Source: Candidatus Marinacidobacterium sp. (GTDB taxonomy: Bacteria > Acidobacteriota > Vicinamibacteria > Marinacidobacterales > Marinacidobacteraceae). Taken from it: DNA of 64,000 bases. Both the position numbers and the translations under genes were made by a program. This document shows positions 56,675 through 64,000 of this stretch, one piece after another. Position 1 is the stretch's first letter; the number at the start of each line of letters is the position of its first letter. The notes below the pieces were generated by a model. The model ran no database searches, was not told the DNA's origin, and saw only the letters and a list, made by a program, of their open reading frames with translations. The stretch is taken from NCBI GenBank assembly GCA_965223075.1, contig OZ244986.1, forward strand, positions 1,795,591 to 1,859,590, read 5' to 3'.

Positions 56675-57925
56675 TCATCCCCACAGCGTGGAAACCGGCA
56701 CCGCGGTGATGCGCTCGCCGAGCGGGTAGCGGTGCGGCCCGGTGTGGAGCACGACCCCGCCGAGGAACCGGTCGCCGAGCTCGTCGCGCAGCCACAGCAG
56801 GTGGCGCGCGTCGCCCGGACGCGGAGCGGCGCTCGCCTTGATCTCGAACCCGACCACCCGACCCCCGATCAGCTCGGCAAGCACGTCCACCTCTCGCCGG
56901 CCCTGCTCCTGCCGCAGATGGTAGAGCACCGGCTCGCTCGCCGCGACGGCCGCCTCGGCGCGTAACTGGGCGACGACGAACGTATCGAGTACGCGACCCA
57001 GCAGATCTCCGTCGGCCAGCACCGACTCCAGATCGGCACGTGCCACGGCAGCCAGCAACCCGGCATCGGCCAGGTACCGCTTCGGCGCCCGGGTCAAGCG
57101 CTTCAACCGGTTCGACGCCCAGGCGGGGAGTGCGTGGACCACCGCAAGCGATTCGAGAAAGCGCCCGTAGGCGGCCCCGGTACGCCGGTTGATTCCAGCG
57201 GCCTCGTGAAGCGTCCGTTCGGTTGCCATCCCGGCGGAGTTGAGGGCGCAGGCGCCGAGAAACCTCCGGAGGCGCGCGGGGTCGCGGCCGTTTTGCACCC
57301 CCGGCGGATTACGGGTGACGAGGTGTTCGGCGTAGCTCCGGTACCAGCGCCGGGACGCCTCGGCCGAGGGCGCGAACGCCGGCTCGGGAAACCCGCCCGC
57401 CAGTGCGAGTTCGAGAACCCCGCGAAGATCGGGGGGATCGGCCGCTGGGCGAAGTTCCTCGCCAGCGGCGATCCGGTCCAGCAGGGGTCGGGGAGATCGG
57501 CCGAAGCGCTCCGAGACCGTCAGCGGGTGCATTTCCACCCGGATCACCCGCCCTACGCCGGGCCAGCCTCGGGCGTCTCCCTGAGCCCGCACCGAGCCGG
57601 TCAGCAGGAAACGCCCCGGACGCGGGTCGGAATCCACCGAGCGCTTCACCGCGCCGAGGACTTCCGGGACCGCCTGCCACTCATCGAGCAAGACCGGCTC
57701 GCGCCGGTTCCGAAGCGCCGCGTCCGGATCAGCCCGAAATGCGACCGCCTCCGCCTCCCGGTCGAGGCGCACGACCGTCGCCGCGTGTCGAATCGCGGTG
57801 GTGGTCTTCCCGGTGGCCCGCGCTCCGGTCACCATCACCGCCGGATGGTCGGCAAGCAGTCCAGGAATATGCCGATCGAGAAGACGCGGGCGGTAGACAT
57901 CCATCGTCCCGGCAGGATACCGCAA
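56675..57925 (-). CDS. AAA_14 ATPase with DUF4143 domain (paralog 3)
   Basis: Walker A VTGARATGKTT, Walker B VLLDEWQ, and a DUF4143 C-terminal domain. Confidence 0.7.
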   Translation of the reverse strand: MRYPAGTMDVYRPRLLDRHIPGLLADHPAVMVTGARATGKTTTAIRHAATVVRLDREAEAVAFRADPDAALRNRREPVLLDEWQAVPEVLGAVKRSVDSDPRPGRFLLTGSVRAQGDARGWPGVGRVIRVEMHPLTVSERFGRSPRPLLDRIAAGEELRPAADPPDLRGVLELALAGGFPEPAFAPSAEASRRWYRSYAEHLVTRNPPGVQNGRDPARLRRFLGACALNSAGMATERTLHEAAGINRRTGAAYGRFLESLAVVHALPAWASNRLKRLTRAPKRYLADAGLLAAVARADLESVLADGDLLGRVLDTFVVAQLRAEAAVAASEPVLYHLRQEQGRREVDVLAELIGGRVVGFEIKASAAPRPGDARHLLWLRDELGDRFLGGVVLHTGPHRYPLGERITAVPVSTLWG

Positions 57926-58119
57926 AAACGCGTCTCGAACTACCTCTATTCCGCATCATTGACTACCTATATTCCACACTCACTCCTGCTGCTTTCGTTG
58001 GTGCCCGAGCCTCGGTCGCCCCCTCGAGTCCGCAATCGGGCCACCTGGTGGCGTGTCCGCCTGAGGCGCCGGCGCCAAGCCGGACCGTCCTGAACCCGCT
58101 GGCGCCAGTAGGAAACCGG

Positions 58120-58773
58120 TCAGCGTTGCGGACGGGTTTTCGGGGGTGGATCCGCCGGAGAATCTTCCCCGCCCTGGGTCTCCGGCACCGGAGCAATGCC
58201 ATAGATCGGCTCATCCTCGATGGGTTCGAGGTACTTCTCGACTCCCGGCGGCCCGAGCCGGCGAAGCGCCGTGGTCGTTCCCTGCGAAACCCACGAGGAC
58301 GCGCCGACCCGGACGAACATTTCGACCTCGACGTCTTCCCAGAGTTCGTTTTCGAACATCCGCTCCGGAGAGCCCTGCGAAAGGTAGTTGGAATCCGCGC
58401 GCAGGGTGTGTTCCCCGGTCGCCTCTCCCGGCGCGAGGGGTCCTTCGGAAACCGAGTGCAGGTATCCCGTGCCCCAGGCTTCTTCCGGCGCCGACTCGCG
58501 ACGGAAGACCGACATCACCTGCACGTACTCGACCGGTTCCGGATTCGTGTTCTGCACGCGGAAGCGCACCGCCGGGCGGATGTAGTTGTTGCCCTCGGAA
58601 TCCCGGCCGCGAACGGCCCAATAGGCGACGAGCTCGGGCAGTTCCATCCTCCCCGCGGTCGCGTTGTCCTCGGTGTTGACGCACCCCGGAACTCCGATCG
58701 ATGCGGTGAGTACGAGGGGCAGCACGGCCGCAAGGCCAACACCGGACGAGAGAAACAAGCGGCGAAGACTCAT
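58120..58773 (-). CDS. Hypothetical lipoprotein
   Basis: Signal peptide with lipobox (SIGVPGC). No family recognised. Confidence 0.45.
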   Translation of the reverse strand: MSLRRLFLSSGVGLAAVLPLVLTASIGVPGCVNTEDNATAGRMELPELVAYWAVRGRDSEGNNYIRPAVRFRVQNTNPEPVEYVQVMSVFRRESAPEEAWGTGYLHSVSEGPLAPGEATGEHTLRADSNYLSQGSPERMFENELWEDVEVEMFVRVGASSWVSQGTTTALRRLGPPGVEKYLEPIEDEPIYGIAPVPETQGGEDSPADPPPKTRPQR

Positions 58774-58796
58774 GGAAACCTGGAACCGGAAGCGCT

Positions 58797-58997
58797 AACA
58801 GCCTGTGGAGGAAGTGACGTGAGCACCGAGAACGGCGAGGCGCGCGGCTGACAAGGCGCGTGAGTGAGGAATACCTAGTGTATTCCGACCGAAACGCAAC
58901 GATGAGGGCCGCGTAGCGCCAGTTCTCCCGGTGGGGGGCCGTTTCAGCCGGGATGCATCGCCGTTCGAATGCCGCGTGACTTCCTCCACAGGCTGTT
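58797..58997 (+). mobile_element. MITE copy 2 (201 bp), TIR AACAGCCTGTGGAGGAAG, TA/T flanks
   Basis: The left end AACAGCCTGTGGAGGAAGTGACGTGAG is the reverse complement of the right end ...CGCGTGACTTCCTCCACAGGCTGTT. It lies in the divergent promoter region between the lipoprotein gene and the ABC operon. Confidence 0.8.
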
Positions 58998-59096
58998 TAC
59001 AGCCAGTATAGACTGCCGGGCCGGTCGACCCGCTGACTCCGGAGCGGGAGACCGCCAGGACCGAACGCCATCGAGACACCGCCCCTCGGAACAGCC

Positions 59097-60134
59097 GTGG
59101 AACCCCTCGTCCTGGTGGACCGCGTCTCCAAGCGCTACGGAAGGACGCTTGCGGTAGCGGATCTCAGCTTCGGTGTCGCGAAGGGAGAGGTTCTCGGTTT
59201 CCTGGGGCCGAACGGCGCCGGGAAGACGACCACCATGCGGGTCATCACCGGCTTCATGCCGCCCACCGAAGGACGGGTACTGGTTGCCGGGCTCGACATT
59301 TCGGAGGCGCCCCTCGACGTCAGGCGGCGCATCGGGTATCTGCCCGAAAACCCGCCCCTGTACCCCGAGATGGAGACCGCCGCCTTCCTCGAGTTCGCGG
59401 CACGGCTCCGGGGAGTTCCCCGAAGCCGGATTCCGCAAGCGGTAGATCGCGCGATCGAACGCTGCGCCCTCGGAGAGGCCCGCGAACACATCATCGGGAA
59501 GCTGAGCCGTGGATTCCGCCAACGGGTGGGGCTCGCGCAGGCGCTCGTCCACGAACCCGAGCTGCTGGTCCTTGACGAGCCGACCGCCGGCCTCGATCCC
59601 AAGCAGATCCACGAGACGCGCGAGCTCATCCGCGCGCTGGCGGGTGAGCGCACGGTGGTGCTCTCGACCCACATCCTCCCCGAGGTGGCGGTCACCTGCG
59701 ACCGGGTGGTCATCATCGCCGGTGGACGGCTGCTCGCCGAAGACACCCCCGAACGGCTGGTTACGCGGCTGGGCGCCGCGCAGCGCGGCCGCGGAAACTG
59801 GGAAATCGAGACCGCCGCGCCCGCGGAAGCCGCTGCTGCCGCCCTCCGTTCCGTCCCCGGCGTAGCCCGCGTGGAGGCCGGTCCCGAGACCGCCGAAGCG
59901 ACCTCGATTCTGCTGGTCGAAGCGGCGGGCGACCGCGGCGTCTCGACCGAGTTGGCGCGCGCCCTCCTCGAAGCCGGTTGTCCGCTCTACGGCCTGCGCC
60001 GGGGCGGCGCGAGCCTCGAAGATGTGTTCCTGGCGCTCACCACCGAGGAGATGCAGGCGGAGAGCGCCAGCGACGCCGGCGACGACTCCCGGGACGGCGC
60101 TGGCATTCCTGAGGTCCCGAAAGAAGACTCATGA
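59097..60134 (+). CDS. ABC transporter ATP-binding protein
   Basis: Walker A GPNGAGKTT, signature LSRGFRQR, Walker B LLVLDEPT. Confidence 0.85.
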   Translation: MEPLVLVDRVSKRYGRTLAVADLSFGVAKGEVLGFLGPNGAGKTTTMRVITGFMPPTEGRVLVAGLDISEAPLDVRRRIGYLPENPPLYPEMETAAFLEFAARLRGVPRSRIPQAVDRAIERCALGEAREHIIGKLSRGFRQRVGLAQALVHEPELLVLDEPTAGLDPKQIHETRELIRALAGERTVVLSTHILPEVAVTCDRVVIIAGGRLLAEDTPERLVTRLGAAQRGRGNWEIETAAPAEAAAAALRSVPGVARVEAGPETAEATSILLVEAAGDRGVSTELARALLEAGCPLYGLRRGGASLEDVFLALTTEEMQAESASDAGDDSRDGAGIPEVPKEDS

Positions 60135-60901
60135 GGAACGCGCTGACCATCGCCCGGCGCGAGATAGGCGCCGCCCTCGCCTCCCCGGTGGCCTACGTCC
60201 TCTTCGGAGCGTTCGCGTTCCTCTACGGGTACTTCTTCGCCGACTACCTCCAGAGCTTCGTGGAGGCCGGCATGCGGATGAGCCAGATGGGGGGCTTCAG
60301 CGGCGGCACTCTGAACGTGAACACCGACCTGATCCGCTGGCTCATGGCGAGCACCGCCATCCTGGTGCTCTTCCTGATGCCCCTGCTCTCCATGCGCACC
60401 GTGTCCGAGGAAATCCGGTCGGGGACCATGGAGTTGCTGCTGACGGCGCCGATCACCGACGGGCAGATCGTATTCGGCAAGTTCCTCGCGGCATTCGCCC
60501 TCTACTGCGGGATGCTGGCGCTCACGGGGCTCCACCTGGGCGTCCTGTTCTGGTTTTCCCAACCGGAGGTCACACCCGTCCTCGCCGCCTACCTCGGTCT
60601 GGCGTTGCTGGGAGCCGGACTGCTTGCGTTGGGCCTCTTCTTCTCGAGCCTCACCCGGAACCAGATCGTGGCCGGACTCCTGACCTTCGGAGCGCTCCTC
60701 GTCCTCTGGCTGCTGGAGTTCGCGGGCGCGCGCGGCGGAGACATGGGCCGCATCCTCGCTTACCTCTCGGTGACCGGACACCTGGAGGGATTCGCACGCG
60801 GGGTGATCACGACCCGCGATCTGGTGTTCTACCTGTCCTTCGCCGGGTTCTGGCTCTATCTCGCCCGGGAGTCGGTGCGCTCCCGCAGGTGGCGCGGATG
60901 A
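60131..60901 (+). CDS. ABC-2 family transporter permease
   Basis: 256 aa with 6 TM helices. ATGA overlap with the ATPase gene. Confidence 0.75.
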   Translation: MRNALTIARREIGAALASPVAYVLFGAFAFLYGYFFADYLQSFVEAGMRMSQMGGFSGGTLNVNTDLIRWLMASTAILVLFLMPLLSMRTVSEEIRSGTMELLLTAPITDGQIVFGKFLAAFALYCGMLALTGLHLGVLFWFSQPEVTPVLAAYLGLALLGAGLLALGLFFSSLTRNQIVAGLLTFGALLVLWLLEFAGARGGDMGRILAYLSVTGHLEGFARGVITTRDLVFYLSFAGFWLYLARESVRSRRWRG

Positions 60902-62457
60902 GCGCCGGGTTCGCGCGTCTGCGCACCGCCCTTGGCCGCCGGAGCACCCGGGAGGGAGCCAACCTCGGACTGACGGCGCTCCTTCTCATCGCCGTGCTGA
61001 TCGGCGTCAACTACGTGGCGAACCGGCGTAACGTGACTTGGGACACCACTTCCGGGGGCCAGTTCAGCCTCGCCCCGCAGACGATCCGCATTCTCGAGGA
61101 GCTCGACCGCGACATCCGCCTCGTCGTGCTGGATCAACCCCGCGCTGCCGGACGGACTGTCGAACTGTTCGAGAGGTACGCCGACCGTACCGATCGGGTC
61201 TCGTGGGAGGTCATCGACCAGGAGGCCGAGCCCGCCCGGGCGCGGGCTTACCAGGCGACCGCCGAAGCCGGAATTCCCTTCGGCACGGTGGTCGTGGAGA
61301 GCGGCGGACGGCAGGAGCGCGTCACTGCCCCGCAGGAACAGGACATCACGAACGCCATCGTGAAGCTTCTCAAGGGTGAGACCAAGAAGGTCTACTTCAC
61401 GACCGGGCACCAGGAGCGTTCGCTCGAAGAGACCGGCGCCGGCGGCCTCTCCGCAATCCGCTCCCGACTCGAAGAGTCGAACTACGAGGTTGCCGCGTTG
61501 GCGCTGCTCGAGCGGGTCGAGGAAGGCGAGGTCCGAATCCCCGAGGATGCGGCCGCCGTGGTGATCGCCGGCCCCCGGCTGGATCTGCTCGAAGCCGAGG
61601 CCGCTGCTCTCGCTGCCCACGTCCGCGCGGGCGGGAAGGCGATGCTGCTGCTCGACCCTCCGGATCCGCCGGGCACCCCGGACCAAAGGCTTGAACTCAC
61701 TGGACTGGCCGGGGAATTCGGGGCGGCGCCCGCCGGGGACGTGGTGATCGACGCCAGCGGGGTGGGTCAGCTCTTCGGCTTCGGGGTAGAGGTCCCCCTC
61801 GCCGCCTCCTACGGGTTCCATCCAATTACCCGCGGCTTCGTGAACGCGGCCACGGTCTTCCCCCTCGCGCAGAGCCTGATCGCTACCGCGCCGGATGCAC
61901 TCCCCGAAGGCGTTCGCCTTTCGGAGCTCGTCCTGAGCTCCGATGTCAGTTGGGGCGAACGCGATCCCGACGAACTCGAGACCGGCGAGGTGAACGCGGG
62001 GGACGACGACCGGACCGGCCCCCTGAGGCTCGCTTACGCAGTCCACGTCGAGACGGGCGACGAAGAGAGTCTGGCGGAGGAAACGAGCGTGGAGGAACCG
62101 GGCCCGGTGGATGTCGCGGCCGCCCCGGACACCGGTCCCGAAGGAGAGTCGGGAGAAGAACCCACCGAAGACCCCGCCACCGAAGACCGGGAAGGACGCC
62201 TGGTGATCGTCGGGGATTCCGACTTCATCGGGAACAACCTGGCTCTGGCGCCGCTCGGAAACGCCGACCTCTTTCTCAACATGGTGAACTGGCTCACCGA
62301 AGACGAAGATCTGATCGCGATCCGTCCCCGTACGGCCGAGGATCGGCGAATCACCATGACCTCGGCGCAGGTAAGAAACGTCGTCCTCCTGAGCCTCGTG
62401 TTCCTGCCCGGGTTCTTTCTCATCTGGGGCGTCACGGTCTGGTGGTCGCGGCGGTGA
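60898..62457 (+). CDS. GldG-like ABC-transporter auxiliary protein
   Basis: N-terminal TM helix, a large periplasmic domain, and a C-terminal TM (VVLLSLVFLPGFFLIWGV). ATGA overlap with the permease gene. Confidence 0.65.
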   Translation: MSAGFARLRTALGRRSTREGANLGLTALLLIAVLIGVNYVANRRNVTWDTTSGGQFSLAPQTIRILEELDRDIRLVVLDQPRAAGRTVELFERYADRTDRVSWEVIDQEAEPARARAYQATAEAGIPFGTVVVESGGRQERVTAPQEQDITNAIVKLLKGETKKVYFTTGHQERSLEETGAGGLSAIRSRLEESNYEVAALALLERVEEGEVRIPEDAAAVVIAGPRLDLLEAEAAALAAHVRAGGKAMLLLDPPDPPGTPDQRLELTGLAGEFGAAPAGDVVIDASGVGQLFGFGVEVPLAASYGFHPITRGFVNAATVFPLAQSLIATAPDALPEGVRLSELVLSSDVSWGERDPDELETGEVNAGDDDRTGPLRLAYAVHVETGDEESLAEETSVEEPGPVDVAAAPDTGPEGESGEEPTEDPATEDREGRLVIVGDSDFIGNNLALAPLGNADLFLNMVNWLTEDEDLIAIRPRTAEDRRITMTSAQVRNVVLLSLVFLPGFFLIWGVTVWWSRR

Positions 62458-62458
62458 C

Positions 62459-63859
62459 ATGCGCAGGACAACGCTCCTCGCCCTGCTGGCGGCGGTGGCC
62501 GTTGCCGGCTGGATCGCGCTCTTTGAGCGGGAAAAACCCACCGCCGATGAAGGGCAGCCGGTATTCGGTGTGGACGAGGCCGGAATCCTCGCCGTCGAGA
62601 TAGAACGTCCGGGCGAACCCACCGTCCGCCTGACCCGGGACAACGAGGGATTCGTCGTCGCCGAGGGCGATGGCCCGGAGTCATCCGCTGACTCCGGCGA
62701 GGTTGACCTGCTGCTGCAAAACGTAGGATCACTGCGCTTCGAGCGGGAACTGGAGGGTGTTCGGGAAGAGGATTTCTCCGAGTTCGGCCTCGCCCCAGCG
62801 GGACTCGTGATCCGGGTGTTCCCGAAGGGAGATTCCCGCAACGCTCAACCGCTCACCGCCGGTTTTGGCGATGAGACTCCGGCGTCCGGAAACCGTTACC
62901 TCCGCCTCGGCGACCGGGTCCTCGTGACTTCGGCCTTCGCGCGGGACAACTTCGACCGGGACGCCTGGAACCTCCGGGACAAGCGGGTGTTCCGTCTCGA
63001 TGCCCCGGCGGCGCGACGCCTCCGGCTCACCACCGGCGCTGGACAGGCAGTCGAAGTGGCGCGGGAAGAGGGCCTCTGGACCATCGTCCGCCCCTACCGG
63101 CTGGCGGCGGACCCCTACGAGGCGTCGCAGTTCGCATCACGGCTGCTGGACGCCGAGATGGCCGGCCTGGCGGCGGATACCGGCGCCGCCGGAGAAGACC
63201 CCTTCGGGCTGAATCCTCCACGCCTGAGCGCAGAGCTGGAACTGGTGTTCGGACCTCAGGAGCAAGCGGCCGCGCACACCATCCACTTCGGTGGCGAGAC
63301 CCGGACGCCGCCGGGAGTCTTCGCCCGTATCGAGCCGGATCCGCTGGTCTTCGTCGTCGGTCGTCCGCTCTTTGACGCGCTCCACGAAGCTGCCGGCGCC
63401 GAGCTGGAGAGCCTCAGGTACCTGCGTCTCTTTCGTTTCGCCGGCTTCCGGGCGGCCGCGCTCCGCGTCACGAGCCCGGAGGGGGAGTTCTTCTTCGAGC
63501 GGCGCGAGGGGGAGGAGGGTCGCGAGTGGACAATGGAGGCCGGCGGCTCGACCCCTACCCAGGTCGATCCGGCGGCGGTCGAGGACCTTCTCTACAAGCT
63601 CAACTCCACGGACGCCGATAGTGTGGACGCGGCGAACCTGCCGGAAGCAGGCGCCGAATGGACCATCGCGGTGACGGAGCAGACCGATGACGGCGAGGGG
63701 AGGACCGAACCCGAAACGGTACGCCTGAGAGTCTCCGCCGCCGGGGAAGCACACGCGCTTCGGGCCGGCGACGAGAGGACGCTGGCGGTCAGCGCGGACG
63801 CCTGGACAGCGATCACCGACCTGTTCGCCGCCGCCCGCGCCCCTGCGGCAGAATCCTTA
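62459..63859 (+). CDS. DUF4340-domain protein (usual partner of GldG); its native 3' end is replaced by MITE copy 3
   Basis: Signal anchor, then a repetitive beta-rich domain. The reading frame runs into the MITE at 63860 and on to the window end. Confidence 0.55.
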
Positions 63860-63997
63860 GCAGCCTGTGGTGAAAGTGACGTGAGCACCGAGAACGGCCA
63901 GTTCTCCCGGTGGGGGCGAGGCGCCCGGCTGACAAGGCGCGTGAGGGAGGAATACCGAGTGTATTCCGACCGAAACGCAACGATGAGGGCCGCGTAG
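63860..63997 (+). mobile_element. MITE copy 3 (partial, runs off the window), same orientation as copy 2
   Basis: TA-GCAGCCTGTGGTGAAAGTGACGTGAGCACCGAGAACGG... is ~90% identical to 58797-58935. Confidence 0.75.
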
Positions 63998-64000
63998 CGG

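Overview
High-GC (~70%) bacterial chromosomal window with housekeeping genes interleaved with accessory and mobile DNA. The taxon cannot be called from sequence alone.

Housekeeping content: two tandem M24 peptidase lipoproteins, an Smr protein, tam, an M20 peptidase, a group-3 sigma factor, a TRAP transporter (dctQMP), a GH12 glucanase, a second M20 dipeptidase, a DapA-family lyase with a Na+/solute symporter, an OPT transporter, tsaD, mtnA, atpZ-atpI-atpB-atpE, nuoL-nuoM, an SDR, dksA, a MoaB/MogA protein, a VWA protein, dgt, and an ABC-2/GldG/DUF4340 transporter operon.

Accessory content:
- Three IS elements: an IS4-family IS with a 13-bp TSD, an IS3-family IS, and an IS110-family IS.
- A ~180-200-bp MITE with AACAGCCTGTGG termini and TA flanks, in three copies plus one solo end.
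- Five toxin-antitoxin modules (hipBA, higBA, two vapBC/fitAB-like, one degraded) and three paralogous AAA_14-DUF4143 ATPases.
- A mosaic family of REP-like palindromic elements filling most intergenic spacers.

Most interesting loci:
1. A nuclease island at 27.8-33.7 kb: a Uma2-DUF4351 nuclease, an 1124-aa Cas4-like nuclease + RNaseH-like exonuclease + Upf1/Dna2-like SF1 helicase fusion (Nhi-like), and a DUF4143 ATPase. This is a candidate phage-defence or DNA-processing system.
2. A tightly coupled mtnA-vapB-(long PIN)-tsaD-(RuBisCO-like protein fused to a cupin) operon, suggesting a fused MTA-isoprenoid-shunt enzyme.
3. An overlapping three-gene operon of duplicated secreted Cys-rich small proteins plus a 4-TM protein.
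4. A segmentally duplicated cluster of DUF1640-like coiled-coil membrane proteins carrying in-frame 42-bp VNTRs, preceded by an array of five 17-bp direct repeats.

No tRNA, rRNA or CRISPR array was recognised. All functional calls rest on motif recognition by eye, not on database searches.
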